Below are positions 47,338 to 61,800 of a stretch of 64,000 bases of DNA, piece after piece. How positions within the stretch are numbered: position 1 is the stretch's first letter; every line of letters starts with the position of its first letter. The notes under the pieces were generated by a model. The model did no database searches and was not told the origin of the DNA. It worked only from the letters and a program-made list of their open reading frames with translations. This stretch comes from Eledone cirrhosa (taxonomy: Eukaryota). Made by a program: the position numbers and the translations under genes. Location: assembly GCA_964016885.1 (NCBI GenBank), contig OZ024742.1, positions 113,026,001 to 113,090,000 on the forward strand, read 5' to 3'.

Positions 47338-48050
47338 CCTCTACAGAATATTGTATAACTCTTACCCAAGATGTCAGCATCATCACATGGCAACATATAT
47401 TCTCAATATGGTCACTGAAAACAGAATAATCCGTCTAATTCTGAAACATAACTAAATGCGAATCGTGCAGCTATGCACACTATACAGTATATGTAAATAT
47501 TAGTCATCGAACACAAACAAGGCCGAGCTGGGCACAATCACGTTCTGAAAGCACACAACAATAATTCCTAAATAACAACAGAATTCCAGGAGCCAAATTC
47601 AAATTATAATGCAGATTTACCCGTTAGTGTTGAAACAGATTCGAAAAAATTAAGTGAAATCCTGATATTTCATATGGAATATAGGAACCTTAAAATTTGC
47701 CATTAATATCAAGTAATTTTTAAAACGTGACATCAAAATTCATGTCATACCGACAAAAGCCTTGTCAGATGAGTTAAAAGGAAGAACAGTTAGGAAGTTT
47801 ATTATAATATGAAAGGTGAAAAACATAATTACATCTTCACATATTAAAAGGAAAATTAATTGTGTAAACAAACTGAATCTAAACTTCTTAAGCTTGAATT
47901 GATTTCTGAATTTTATTTTATTAAACAGCACCTAATATTATTTTAAAACACGAAAACAAATATTCATTCATTTATTTATTTTTCAAACTTATATATTTAT
48001 TTTATATAAGAAACAATGTTTATCTGAATGATATTATTATTATTATTATT

Positions 48051-50682
48051 GTTCTTTCAGTCTCAGTCATAGATGTTAGTTAACTGGAAAGTTTGTTGAA
48101 ATGAATATCAAGCAACTACCTGCAGCCTCAGATATTCAGGACGTATCGGAGGGTTCTTTCTGCCCAGCAAGCATGCCTTTAGAAGCGTTCCAAAAAGCGT
48201 GGCGGGGCGAATTTTCTTTAACCATTAATGGAAACTTTTTGAGATAGTACCTAGTGCGCCTATGACAATCGGGACCACTTTGACTTCATGGCAGTTCCAA
48301 ATCCTTTTTACCTCCCATTTTAAGTCCTGGTAGCGGTTAATTTTCTCCCTCTCCTTCTCTTGCACTCTCGTGTCGAATGGGCAAGCCACATCCACAATCA
48401 GGCACGATCTGTTTTCCTTGTCCAAAACCACCAGGTCAGGTCTATTGTGTTCCAGTTTCTTGTCCGTCTGTATCCTAAAATCCGACAGCACCTTCACCTG
48501 ATCGTTTTCTATCACCGACTCTGGCTTATGCTAATAACACTTCTCGGACTGTGGTAAATTGTTTACTTTGCATATGTGCAGGTGGATCACCCCGCCCATC
48601 ACATCATGTCTCCAGCCCTTATAGTGAGTCTGGGCTAAGTGTTTACACTCGGATACAATGTGAGCCACAGTCTCCTCTCTCTCTCCACAGATCCTGCACA
48701 GTGGGCTAGCCTCCTCCTTGTAAATATGGTGTTTCAACCACTTCGTTTTGAGGGCCTGCTCTTGCGCAGCCATTAGCATTCATTCTGTAGCCTTTTTAAG
48801 GTCTCCTCTTTTCAACCAGTTCCATGTCTGTGGATCTCTGAATTCAGTTTTCTCAAAGAGGTACTATGAAAGGATATTTCATGAATGCTGCTCCTTCTCC
48901 TTGATGTTATTTCCTCATTGGACATCCCCTGGTCTATTGTCCTCTCCTTCAGTACAATTCTGAGCATTGGCTCCTTAAAATCAGTCACGTATTTGGGTAG
49001 ATTGTTTTTCTCCATCTGAACACAGTCCTCTATGCTGATAATACCTCTTCCACCTTCTGATCTCCTTAAGTAGAGTCTATCGACATCACTCCTCTTGTGG
49101 AACATGTTGTAGATAATCAATAGCTTACTAGTCTTCCTATCCATTTATTTTTGTTCAGCAACATTCCATCTCAGAATTCCCGCACTGTACCTAATAATAG
49201 ACAAAATCGGGAATTTACTGCACTTGTGGCATTCCTACTGTTCAGATGTGACTTTAATACGCTCCTTATTCTCCGAATGTATTTAGATCTTATCAATGAC
49301 TTCATTTTTTTGTTCTTGATGTCATCACCCTCCAGAACACCCAAATACATATACCTTTTTCAGTGTCAATTTCCTTTATCATCTCACCTGTTGGTACCTG
49401 GATTCCGTTGTTTCTGCTCAATTTACCCCTCTTCCTCACAAGGACTCCACACTTACTAATACCAAATTGCATACATATATCATTGCTGAAAATACGTACA
49501 GTGTCAACAAGCACATCCAACTCCTTCTCACTGTTCCCGAATAGCTTAAGATCGTCCATGAAGAGGAGGTGATTGATGGTAAACTCTCCCTTTCCCAACT
49601 GTTCGCAGTATAATGGTCAGGGGCATCACGGCAAGGACAAACAACAGAGGGGACATACTATCCCCCTGGAAGATAGCTCTCTAGATATTCACGTCTCCCA
49701 AGGATTCTCCTGCTGATGTTAACTCTGTTTTCCAGGACTTCATACTTTTGCCCAACAAATGTCTGATGTTATCTGCCACCTTGAAGATCTCAAGGCTTTT
49801 GGTGATCCAAGAATGAGGCACCATGTCAAATGCCTTTTTATAGTATATCCATCCCATGGCAAGAGCAGTGTGTCTCCTCTTGCAATCCTCATTACCATCT
49901 TATCAATAAGTAACTGGTCCTTTGTACCACGTGACTTCTTTCGGCCTCCTTTCTGTTCGTCCGGTAACAAATTGTTTGTGTGGAGGTGATGGTAGATTTC
50001 CTCAGACATAATGCTTGTCAACAGTTTGCACATTACGGACAGACATGTGATAGGTCTATAGTTGGTAACATCATTACCCTTGATTCAGTCTTTCATTACC
50101 AGAACTGTGGTACCTTTTGTCAACCACTCTGGTACCTCACCTGACATCAACTAGTCATTGAACATGGTTGTCAGTTTCGGTTGGAGGGATGTTATATTTT
50201 TAATCCAATACCCCTGCACACCATCTGGGCCAGGCGATTTCCAGTTGGTTAATTATTTGGCCTGCCCCTTAAGAGTTTCAATTGTGATACTAAAATCAGT
50301 TTGTTGGTGTGCCTGTTCACTAATCTCCTTTTGTACTGTCTCAATCCACACAGCCTGGTCATTATGTTTAAGATCCGTTTCCCATATTCCTCTCCAGCAT
50401 GTCTTACTTTGTTCCGCCTCAAGGATCAAGCTGTTGCTTCTTTCTTTCCCTTTAAGCTGTCCAAACAGTATCTTCTGGTTGTTGTCAAACATGCGGTTCT
50501 GTCTATACTGACTGTCTCTGCTCTCTTATCGCCTAATTTTTGCACTCTTTGCTACAATGCGTTGCTTCAGTTCCTCTATGATAATATTTAGCTTTTTCCT
50601 CCTAGTTTTGTACTTTATTTCCAGTCTATTTTTAGTGTCTATATTTTTTAGTGTCCCATTCAGTGGGGACTCAAGCTTATTC
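48051..50682 (-). mobile_element. R4/Dong-like RLE element, 5'-truncated and degenerate
   Basis: GTKDQLLIDK, NHLLFMDDLKLF, CRICGEREETVAHIVSEC and RPDLVV...IVDVACPFD. (ATT)n lies at 48033-48050 and 50683-50709. Confidence 0.92.
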
Positions 50683-50709
50683 ATTATTATTATTATTATT
50701 ATTATTATT

Positions 50710-53700
50710 GAATGCTATGGTTGACGGAGGCTCGGCTCTGTGAAGTATAGTAAATTTTGACCGCTATAACAATTGTAAATTGTTTAAAACTTTAACCAAC
50801 TTGTTGACAAAAACACCCTCCTCCTCGTGAGTGGGGTCTTTCTGCCCGTTATTTGGCCCTTCGGGGTTAAATAACGGCCTATTGGGGTTTTGTGCCCAAT
50901 ATTTATTTTAAACAAAAAAACAACATGGCAATATATCTCCACGACGACAACGACGACGAAACAGGTGTGCGGGAAATACGAAAACCCATTTCATTCGTCT
51001 GACGTAGGAATTATAGCAGTAGCAGCCGTAATAACAACAGCAACATTGACAATGAAAACAACAGTAGCAGCCGCAACAGCATCAGCAGCAGCATAAACTA
51101 CAACAGGATTAGCAGCAGCAACAACAACAACCACAGCAACAGCGGCGGCGGCAGTAGTCGTAGTACCTGCAGCAACAACAAAAGTAACAGAAGCTCTGAC
51201 GACAACAACAACAACAACAACAACAGCAAAGAAAAACCAATCTCGTTTGCAGGTATCGCAAAGAACCTGGAAACCATCCTCATAACAAATGAGGAATTAG
51301 AGGAAGCGAAGAAGATGATGACAAAAATTGGACACCGAGCAATCTGCAAGGCAGCGGAAAAATCTTTCGAAACTCAACAGCACTGTACGGTCACGTACCG
51401 TACAGTAAGTACAAAATCCCGTAGGGTTGAAAGAGCCTCAGAGGCTCAAATACAAAAAGTCTTGGAGTCTGTGTGGCAGCAGAAAACGCACATCATCCGA
51501 GGCAAGAAATATGCCACCGTAGACGTACTTTTTGCCACACCCCAGGAGGCAAAGGCTCAATCCTTAGTGACCCTAAGTAGCGAGGAAATGGTGTCGGTGC
51601 CCTCCTACTGCGGGCAAAAAATTATGAGTGTCAAATTGACCCACGTCCCACCCGGGATGGCCCCTTTTTGGCTGGCCGCGTCTGTCCTCGTCGGAATCGA
51701 GGATAAAACAACTGTACTGCAAGTACAGAGAAAAGTAAGAGAAGATTGGGTCGGCACCTCCATTGAGATGTTAATCCAAACCAACCAGGAGTGCATCGAA
51801 GCTATCCAGGATGTGATAGACTTCGATAACGGCACTCAACTGCCCATACGTGTTGAGGGCAAATGCCCGAAACGCTTTCGCTGTGGATCGAAGACTCACC
51901 TCAGGGCCTTCTGTAACGAGAAGACCCTGAGAAAGGAGACCCCCCCCCCTCCTTCCGAAACCGGCTCCACGGCTATCAGCAACAGGACAAGCGGCAACCA
52001 GGAACGATAGGTCCGTGGCACCCATACCCACGGCACGGAAATCAAAAACAGCAGCAGCAATGGAAGTATTAACAACAACAACGGCAATACCAAATGCAGC
52101 TGCAACAGAGACTCCAGTGCAAACATTATCAACAACAACAAGTGAAAGAGTGGAGCTGGTACCCCTCCCCGACCTCACAGAATCAGACATGGAGTGTCAG
52201 ATGGGAGAGGGATGGAAAAAGGTCGTAAGAAGGCACAAACGCAGAAGCAGCGCATCGTCGCCTTTGAAAAGGGAGGAAAGAAATGGAAAAGGGTAAAGGC
52301 TACTGCAAAGAGACTCACAGCAGCAACACCACCAACACTTTCACCGCCCACACTAGCACCACCATCACCACCGGCAACAACCTCACCGTCAACAACACCT
52401 TCAACACCACCACCACAAGCACCAACATCGCAAACCCAACAACAAAACACACACACCCAGCAACAATGACAAGAAAATAGCAGAACCACACCCCACCCCC
52501 AGAAAAACAAATTCATGGCAATAAATACACACAACAGGAAACTAATAACTTACATAATTAAACACACAGGCATCTCACAACACGCCTACATTATACCAGC
52601 ACCAATCAAAACGCCAAATATCATAAGACTGCTAAAAATAGCACAGAAACAATATACAAACATTAAAACGAATTTCACGAACGGAGTTGGTGATTTCAAA
52701 GACCTAGGTGGGACACTCAACCGAAGAGTATATTCGGACATACACATAGTAGAGCTGACGACCAGCCGAAGGGACGATTCAACGGTCCATTCACCAGACG
52801 ATCAAGTGAAAAAAGATGGAAAAACCATCCCTCCTCTACGAAAAGTACGGTAAGTGGTCTTTCCCATCTTTTCCACTCTATTTTAAACATGACCTCACTC
52901 AGAATAGGCAGCATAATTGCGCGTGGCTTGGGGTCGTCATGGAAGCAGGGTCACCTGCTCAACGACCTGAGGTCACTAAACATAGATGTAGTGGCCATCA
53001 GCGAGACCAGAATCTTCGCACCTATCTTCGCCGGCTACGATGTGTACGCATCTCCCAGCCGTCCTGGATCGGGGGGAGGAGTTGCTGTGCTTTTTCAGAG
53101 AGGTTTGGATCTCAGCATAATGGCCATCTTCCTGGACCCAGAGGGTAAGTTGGTGGTGCTGGTCGTGACCAGCGGTGACGGGCAAGCTTTCAGGCTAGTG
53201 GCCGTCTATGCCCCGACAGGAGCAGGGCGGCCTGATTTCTTCCGGGGTCTGGAGACCTTTCTTGGAACGTCCCGCTCTTTAGTGTTAGTGGGAGACTGGA
53301 ACGGGATTTTAGATGCACGCTGGGACTGTGTGGGATTAGCGGATAGGGGTGGAGGGTGCAAGAGCCTCACCAACCTGCTCAGGCGGTTTGAACTGTCTGA
53401 CAGGTACCGATTGGATTTTCCGAATGTGCCAATGTGGACTTGGACAAATCGCAGAACATATCTAGATAGAGTATTTTGTAGGGAAATAGATAGGTCTAGC
53501 ATAGGCTGTCCAGAATTCAAGATAGTCAGCTACACGGACCTCGAATTCGTGATCTATGTGCTTGACTTAGATAGGCTTCATAGACGAAGACCCGGCTACT
53601 GGAAGCTAAACGTGTCCTTACCAGCGCGCACGGCCTACAGAGACCGGATTAGCGAACTAGTTAAGCGGGCGTTGACGGGGGTCATCGTCAACAACAAGTG

Positions 53701-56512
53701 GTGGTTTGCTCGGAAAAGAGCGATTAGAATAGAATTCATTAGGTTTAATAAGGCTTTAGCAATAGAGAAAAATAGAGCAGAGGGAGAACTAGTTAGAAAT
53801 TTAGACGAGGCGCTTAGCAAGGGCATTGCGACCGACGAGTTTGCGGCGAAATTGGCCCTTGACCAATTCTTCAATGCAAAGCACGAAGGCTGCGTTGTCA
53901 GAGGTAGGGTGCGTGCTCTCAGACACGAGGGGACGAAAGCCGTTCAATGGGCCCGAGTGGCGGAGGCGCGTCGTCGCAACAAAGCCACTATCCGGTCTTT
54001 GGTGGACCACGACGGGCTCATGCTACTCGATCCGGGGCAAATGTGTGAAGCTTTTCAGCGACACTTCACTCAGTTGTTCGGGGTAGCGGTGGGCCGGGTC
54101 GAGGGATGGACTTTAGTGTCTACCTCGACGGACTGCCGCGGCTCTCGACCACTGAGGCGGAGTGTTGCGAAAAGCCGATAACAGCCGCTGAAGTAAGGGA
54201 GTCAATGACTGGCTACACAAGGAGTAACTCGCCTGGTTTGGATGGTCAGCCCTATGAACTTTACGTACAGATCCCAGACTTGTTCCGAGGCCTCTTGGCG
54301 GACGTCTACTGCAACTGGCAACATAACGGGAGAATTCCCAGTTCTGTGAGCCGAGGAACAGTGGCACTGCTGAGAAAGGATCCGAACAAGGGGATAACAT
54401 AGATAATTTCAGGCCCATAACTCTGCTAAACACAGAGTTCAAGATTTTGGCCAAGGTGTTAGCAAAGAGGTTGGCGCTTGTAGTTGGTGGTCTGGTGGGA
54501 GAGGCGCAAACATGCGCCATTCCCGACAGATCCATCCACGACAACCTCCACCTCTTGCGATACATCGTAGAGAGGGTAGCTAGGGAACCTGGCACGGGTG
54601 GGTCCTTGATCAATTTAGATCAGTTGAAAGCTTTCGATAGGGTCGACCATCGTTACCTAGCGGCAGTCCTGAGGGCGGGTGGCTTTGGGCCCGTCTTCAG
54701 AGGCTGGATCGCTGCCATGCACAGCGACATCTGCTCTGTGGTGAGAGTGAACGGTCACCTTTCGAAACCGTTCAACATCATGCACTCGGTCCGCCAAGGA
54801 TGTCCCTTCTCGTCCCTCTTGTACGTATTGACTCTCGAGCCATTACTGCACAAACTGGAGACGTTCAGGGGCGTCCCGCGCGAACTAGGATGCGGAAGAT
54901 CCGTGTCAGCATATGCGGACGATGTCACCGTAGTGGTGTCGAACGCCAAACACATCGAGGCGATCGGCACTACACTAAGAGTATACGAAGCGGTGACAGG
55001 AGCAATGATCAAACAGCAAAAGTCAGTGGACCTGCAGCTCGGCACCTGGAGAAGCAGGTCCATGCCGTCCAACAGCGTCGTCGGACGCTGGACGGACGGA
55101 CCGGTTAAATTGCTAGGGGTCTGGTTCGGTCCAGACCTCCAGACGGACAAAAACTGGGACGAGGTGACGAGCAGGGTGGATTCTCTCACCCAGAAATGGG
55201 CCGAGAGGAAGCTATCCCTGAAAGGTCGAGCGGAGGTGGCGAATGCGTACATCGCATCCGTCATCTACTACCGCCTGACCGTCGTACCTTGTCCTAAGAC
55301 CCGCCTGACTACGCAGGAGCGTTTGCTCTTTCGCTTCTTGTGGAAGGGACGCGCTCCGATGGTCAGGCGGTTCATCTGCTGTCAACACCCGCTACGTGGT
55401 CAGCTGGGCATGCCTTGGCTGATGATGCGCAGACACGCGGTCAGGCTACGACATCTCCACCTCTTCCTCGACGGTGATCAGGTGTGGTCGCCATTTGCTA
55501 GACACGTTTTTCCCCAGCTCGTCTCCTTGACGGAGCTGCAGTCCTGGGTCAAGCGAAGACCGAGAGGGAGCGCTTGGAGACTGGAATGTCTTCAGGCGCT
55601 CACAGCCCTCGACCAATCGGGCAATGTGATCGGTGGAAACTCCACCTTGGCGTTCTATAGGGGATTAGTGGAGGGGAAGCGCGACGACGTACTTGGAGAA
55701 ACTCTAGGCGTCGACGAAAATCAACTAGCCAATCTCTTCGGAAGGACTTTCGGGCCGGAGCCTATGGACAACTTCCAGAAATCCCTGGCCTGGCAGTGCT
55801 ACCGGGGTGCTTTGCCAGTTCGGGATAAACTTTACAGGCATGGAGGTGCCGTCTGCCGGGCATGTCCGAGATGCTCACAGGGCGACGAAACCGTCCTGCA
55901 CGCACTCGTCCAGTGTCCGAGCATTGCTGACTTGTGGGTTTATGTCGAACACCTGCTGTCACGTGTAGGACGGATCCAGCTAACAGCTGAGTCCATCGTG
56001 AGGATTGCCCCGCCCTCTTCCTTTAGCCGGGAAGGGCAGGCAGTTTTTATCTGTCTGGTGGCCATGGCGAAAGAGATAGTATGGTGGACACGTTTGAAAG
56101 GGCTGAAGACGAGCACTTACCTCTTCGGTGATGCCCTGATTAACTTTTTCAAATTTCATCTGAAAAGGAAAATCAGGGTAGAGAGGGAAGTGCTCTCTTC
56201 CCAGCATTTTGTTGAAAGATGGGTGAGAGAAACAAGTATGGCCCGAATGAATATGTGTCTGTAAATTAAAGGTGGACAACTGGGAGAGGGCACTTGCCCT
56301 GGTGGTCAGGACCACTGTGGTCTTTTAATGGGCTTTCTCCACAAATGTCCCTCGGAAGTCTCCCCCCCTATTGGCGAATTTTTTGTTGTTATTTTATTTC
56401 ATCCTCTGTTTTTTTTACACGCAGAAATGCCCATTTGTACCGTCCTGTATTGTCCTGTACTGTCCTTAATGTATACTTTATGTAAACCCTTGTGGTTAAT
56501 AAAGAAAACATG
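50710..56512 (+). mobile_element. Tx1-like LINE copy B, near full length, frameshifted
   Basis: Same 5' start as copy C (GAATGCYATGGTTGACGGAGGCTCGG). ORF1 and ORF2 are broken into pieces. AATAAA at 56498 and an (ATT)n tail at 56513-56533. Confidence 0.96.
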
Positions 56513-56746
56513 ATTATTATTATTATTATTATTGAATGCCATGGTTGACGGAGGCTCGGCTCTGTAAGGTATAGTAATTTTTAACCGTTAAAACAATTGT
56601 AAATTGTTTAAAACTTGAACCAAATTGTTGATAAAGACACCCTCCTCCTCGTGAGAGGGGTCTTTCTGTCCGTTATTTGGCCCTTCGGGGTTAAATAACC
56701 AGTTATTGGGGTTTTGTACCCAATATTCATTTAAAAAAAAAACAAC

Positions 56747-58843
56747 ATGGCTACGAAAAAGAAATTTCATACCTCACTCCCACTCATTCCGTCTTCTTCT
56801 TCCTCAATCATCACTACAGCAGAGAGAAGATTGTCTCTCTCCCTCCCTTCTTTAAATGTGTCTCTCTCCCTCCCTTCTCTTTCGCAAGTGACGAAAGAAA
56901 AGAAAAGTCTCGTGCAAAGCGTGCAAGGTTTCTCCACGACGACGACGACAGCGACGAAACAGGTGTGCGGGAAATACGAAAACCCAGTTCATTCGTCTGA
57001 CGTCAGGAATAATAGCAGTAGCAGCCGTAATAACAACAGCAACAGTGACAATGAAAACAACAGTAGCAGCCGCAACAGCATCACCAGCAGCATAAACAAC
57101 AACAGCATTAGCAGCAGCAACACCAACAACAACCACAGTAACAGCGGCGGAGGCAGTAGTCGTAGTACCTGCAGCAACAACAAAAGTACCAGCAGCTCTG
57201 ACGACAACAACAACAGCAGAGAAAAACCAATCTCATTTGCAGGTATTGCGAAAAACCTGGAAACAATCCTCATAACAAATGAGGAATTAGAGGAAGCGAA
57301 GAAGATGGTGACAAAGAACGGACACCGAGCAATCTGCAAGGCAGCGAAAAATTTTTTCGAAACCCAAGAGCACTGTACGGTCACGTACCGTACAGTAAGT
57401 ACAAAATCCCGTAGGGTGGAAAGAGCCACAGAGGCCCAAATACAAAAAGCCTTGGGGTCTGTGTGGCAGAGGAAAACGCACATCACCCGAGGTAAAAAAT
57501 ACGCCACCGTAGACGTACTTTTTGCCACACCCCAGGAGGCAAAGGCCCAATCAGTAGTGACCCTAAGGAGCGAGGAAATGGTGTTGGTGCCCTCCTACTG
57601 CGGGCAAAAAATTGTGAGGGTCAAACTGACCCACGTCCCCCCCGGAATGACCCCTTCTTGGCTGGCCGCGTCTGTCCTCGTCGGAATCGAGGACAAAACA
57701 ACTGTACTGCAAGTACAGAAAAAAGTAAGAGAAGATTGGGTCGGCTCCTCCATTGAGATGCTAATCCAAACCAACCAGGAGTGCATCGAAGCTATCCCGG
57801 ATGTGATAGACTTCGATAACGGCACTCAACTGCCCATAAGTGTTGAGGGCAAACGCCCGAAATGCTTTCGCTGTGGATCGAAGACTCACCTCAGGGCCTT
57901 CTGCAACGAGAAGACCCTGAGAAAGGAGAAAACCCCCCTCCTCCCGAATCCGGTTCCACGGCTACCAGCAACAGGACAAGCGGCAACCAGGAACGATAGG
58001 TCCGTGGCACCCATACCCACTCCACGGAAATCAAAGACAGCAGCAGCAGTGGAAATATTAACAACAACAACAGCAATACCAAATGCAGCTGCAACAGAGA
58101 CTCCAGTGCAAACATCACCAACAACAACAAGTGAAAGAGTGGAGCTGGTACCCCTCCCCGACCTTACAGAATCAGACATGGAGTGTGAGGTGGGAGAGGG
58201 ATGGCAAAAGGTCTCAAGAAGGCACAAACGCAGAAGCAGCGCATCGTCGCCTTTGAAAAGGGAGGAAAGAAATGAGAAAAGGGTAAAGTCTACTGCAAAG
58301 AGACCCACAGCAGCAACACCACCAACACCATCACCACCCACACCAGCACCACCATCACCACCGGCGACAACCCCACCGCCAACAACACCTTCAACACCAC
58401 CACCACAAGCACCAACATCGCAAACACAACAACAAAACACACACACCCAGCAACAACGACAAGAAAATAGCAGAACCACACCCCACCCCCAGAAAAACAA
58501 ATGCACGGCAATAAATACACACAACAAGAAACTAATGACTTACATAATTGAACACACAGACATTTCACAACAGGACTACATAATACCAGCACCAATCAAA
58601 ACGCCAACTAACATAAGACTGCTAAAAATAGCACAGAAACAATACACAAATATTAAAACGAAATTCCCCAACGCAGTTGGTGATTTCAGGGACCTAGGAG
58701 GAACCATCAATCGAAGAGTATACTCAGACATTCTCTTAGAAGAGCCGACGACCAGCCGAAGGGACGATTCAACGGTCCCTTCACCAGACGATCAAGTGAA
58801 AAGGGATGTAAAAACCATCCCTCCTCTACCAAAAGTACGGTAA
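56747..58843 (+). CDS. LINE ORF1p (698 aa): Asn/Ser-rich N-terminus, RRM-like core, CCHC zinc knuckle, Pro/Thr-rich linker
   Basis: CFRCGSKTHLRAFC fits C-x2-C-x4-H-x4-C; the ORF lies directly upstream of ORF2. Confidence 0.92.
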   Translation: MATKKKFHTSLPLIPSSSSSIITTAERRLSLSLPSLNVSLSLPSLSQVTKEKKSLVQSVQGFSTTTTTATKQVCGKYENPVHSSDVRNNSSSSRNNNSNSDNENNSSSRNSITSSINNNSISSSNTNNNHSNSGGGSSRSTCSNNKSTSSSDDNNNSREKPISFAGIAKNLETILITNEELEEAKKMVTKNGHRAICKAAKNFFETQEHCTVTYRTVSTKSRRVERATEAQIQKALGSVWQRKTHITRGKKYATVDVLFATPQEAKAQSVVTLRSEEMVLVPSYCGQKIVRVKLTHVPPGMTPSWLAASVLVGIEDKTTVLQVQKKVREDWVGSSIEMLIQTNQECIEAIPDVIDFDNGTQLPISVEGKRPKCFRCGSKTHLRAFCNEKTLRKEKTPLLPNPVPRLPATGQAATRNDRSVAPIPTPRKSKTAAAVEILTTTTAIPNAAATETPVQTSPTTTSERVELVPLPDLTESDMECEVGEGWQKVSRRHKRRSSASSPLKREERNEKRVKSTAKRPTAATPPTPSPPTPAPPSPPATTPPPTTPSTPPPQAPTSQTQQQNTHTQQQRQENSRTTPHPQKNKCTAINTHNKKLMTYIIEHTDISQQDYIIPAPIKTPTNIRLLKIAQKQYTNIKTKFPNAVGDFRDLGGTINRRVYSDILLEEPTTSRRDDSTVPSPDDQVKRDVKTIPPLPKVR

Positions 58844-58878
58844 GTGGTCTTTCCCATCTTTTCCACTCTATTTTAAAC

Positions 58879-61800
58879 ATGACCTCACTCAGAATAGGCA
58901 GCATAAATGCGCGTGGCTTGGGGTCGTCATGGAAGCAGGGTCACCTGCTCAACGACCTCAGGTCACTAAACATAGATGTAGTGGCCATCAGCGAGACCAG
59001 AATCTCCGAAGCACGGGCCTTCGCACCGATCTTCGGCGGCTTCGATGTGTACGCATCTCCCAGCCGTCCTGGATCCGGTGGAGGAGTTGCTGTGCTTTTT
59101 CGGAGAGGTTTGGATCTCGCCATACGGGCCATCTTCCTGGACCCAGAGGGTAAGCTGGTGGTGCTGGACGTGACCAGCGGAGACGGGCAAGCTTTCAGGC
59201 TAGTGGCCGTCTATGCCCCGACAGGAGCAGGGCGGCCTGATTTCTTCCGGCGTCTGGAGACCTTTCTTGGAACGTCCCGCTCTTTAGTGTTAGTGGGCGA
59301 CTGGAACGGGATCTTAGATGCACGCTGGGACTGTGTGGGATTAGCGGATAGGGGTGGAGGGTGCAAGAGCCTCACCAACCTGCTCAGGCGTTTTGAACTG
59401 TCTGACAGGTACCGATTGGATTTCCCGAATGTGCCAATGTGGACTTGGACAAACCGCATAGGGTCATCCAGATCATATCTAGATAGAGTATTTTGTAGGG
59501 AAATAGATAGGTCTAGCATAGGCTGTCCACAATTCAAGATAGTCAGCTACACGGACCACAAATTCGTGATCTGTGTGCTTGACTTAGATAGGCTTCATAG
59601 ACGAGGACCCGGCTACTGGAAGCTAAACGCGTCCTTACCAGCGCGCAAGGCCTACAGAGACCGGATTAGCGAACTAGTTAAGCGGGCGTTGACGGGGGCC
59701 ATCGTCAACAACAAGTGGTGGTTTGCTCTGAAAAGAGCGATTAGAATAGAATCGATTAGGTTTAGTAAGGCTTTAGCAATAGAGAAAAATAGAGCAGAGG
59801 GAGAACTAGTTAGAAAATTAGACGAGGCGCTTAGCAAAGGCATTGCGACCGACGTGCTTGCGGCGAAATTGGCCCTTGACCAATTCTTCAATGCAAAGCA
59901 CGAAGGCTGCGTTGTCAGAGCTAGGGTGCGTGCTCTCAGACACGAGGGGACGAAAGCCGTTCAATGGGCCCGAGTGGCGGAGGCGCGTCGTGGCAACAAA
60001 GCCACGATCCGGTCTTTGGTGGACCACGACGGGCGCATGCTACTCGATCCCGGGCAAATGTGTGAAGCTTTTCAGCGACACTTCGCTCAGCTGTTCGGGG
60101 GCAGCGGGGGGCCGGGTAGAGGGATGGACTTTAGTGTCTACCTCGACGGACTGCCGCGGCTCTCGGCCACTGAGGCGAAGTGTTGCGAAAAGCCGATAAC
60201 AGCCGCTGAAGTACGGGAGGCAATGACTGGCTGCACAAGGGGTAAATCGCCTGGTTTGGATGGTCTGCCCTATGAACTTTACGTACAGATGCCAGACTTG
60301 TTCGGAGGCCTCTTGGCGGACGTCTACTGCAACTGGCAACAGAACGGGAGAATTCCCAGTTCTGTGAGCCGAGGAGCGGTGGCACTGCTGAGAAAGGATC
60401 CGAACAAGGGGGATAACATAGACAATTTCCGGCCCATAACTCTGCTAAACACAGAGTTTAAGATTTTGGCCAAGGTGCTAGCAAAGAGGTTGGCGCTTGT
60501 CGTTGGTGGTCTGGTGGGAGAGGCGCAGACATGCGCCATTCCCGACAGATCCATCCACGACAACCTCCACCTCATGCGATACATCGTAGAGAGGGTAGCT
60601 AGGGAACCTGGCACGGGTGGGTCCTTGATCAATTTAGATCAGTCGAAAGCTTTCGATAGGGTCGACCATCGTTACCTAGCGGCAGTCCTGAGGGCGGCTG
60701 GCTTTGGGCCCGTCTTCAGAGGCTGGATCGCTGCCATGCACAGCGACATCTGCTCTGTGGTGAGAGTGAACGGTCACCTGTCGGAACCGTTCAACATCAT
60801 GCGCTCGGTCCGCCAAGGATGTCCCCTCTCGTCCCTCTTGTACGTATTGACTCTCGAGCCATTACTGCACAAACTGGAGACGTTGAGGGGAGTCCCGCGC
60901 GAACTAGGATGCGGAAGATCCGTGTCAGCATATGCGGACGATGTCACCGTAGTGGTGTCGAACGCCAAACACATCGAGGCGATCGGCACTACACTAAGAG
61001 AATACGAAGCGGTGACAGGAGCAATGATCAACCAGGAAAAGTCAGTGGGCCTGCAGCTCGGCACCTGGAGAGGCAGGTCCATGCCGTCCAACAGCGTCGT
61101 CGGGCGCTGGACGGACGGACCGGTTAAATTGCTAGGGGTCTGGTTCGGTCCGGACCTCCAGACGGACAAAAACTGGGACGAGGTGACGAGCAGGGTGGCT
61201 TCTCTCACCCAGAAATGGGCGGAGAGGAAGCTATCCCTGAAAGGTCGAGCGGAGGTGGCTAACGCGTACATCGCGTCTGTCATCTGCTACCGCCTAACCG
61301 TCGTACCTTGTCCTAAGCCTCGCCTGACTGCGCTGGAGCGTTTGCTCTTTCGCTTTTTGTGGAAGGGACGTGCTCCGATGGTCAGGCGGTCCATCTGTTG
61401 TCAACACCCGCTACGTGGAGGGCTGGGCATGCCGTGGCTGATGATGCGCAGGCACGCGCTCAGGCTACGACATCTCCACCTCTTCCTCGACGGTGATCAG
61501 GTGTGGTCGCCGTTTGCTAGACGCGTTTTTCCCCAGCTCGTTTCCTTGACGGAGCTGCAGTCCTGGGTCAAGCGAAGACCGAGAGGGAGCGCCTGGAGAC
61601 TGGAATGTCTTCAGGCGCTCACAGCCCTCGACCAATCGGGCAATGTGATCGGTGGAAACTCCACCTCGGCGTTCTATAGAGGATTAGTGGAGGGGAAGAG
61701 CGACGACGTACTTGGGGAAACTCTAGGCGTCGACGAAAATCAACTAGCCAATCTCTTCGGAAGATCTTTCGGGCCGGGGCCTATGGACAACTTCCAGAAA

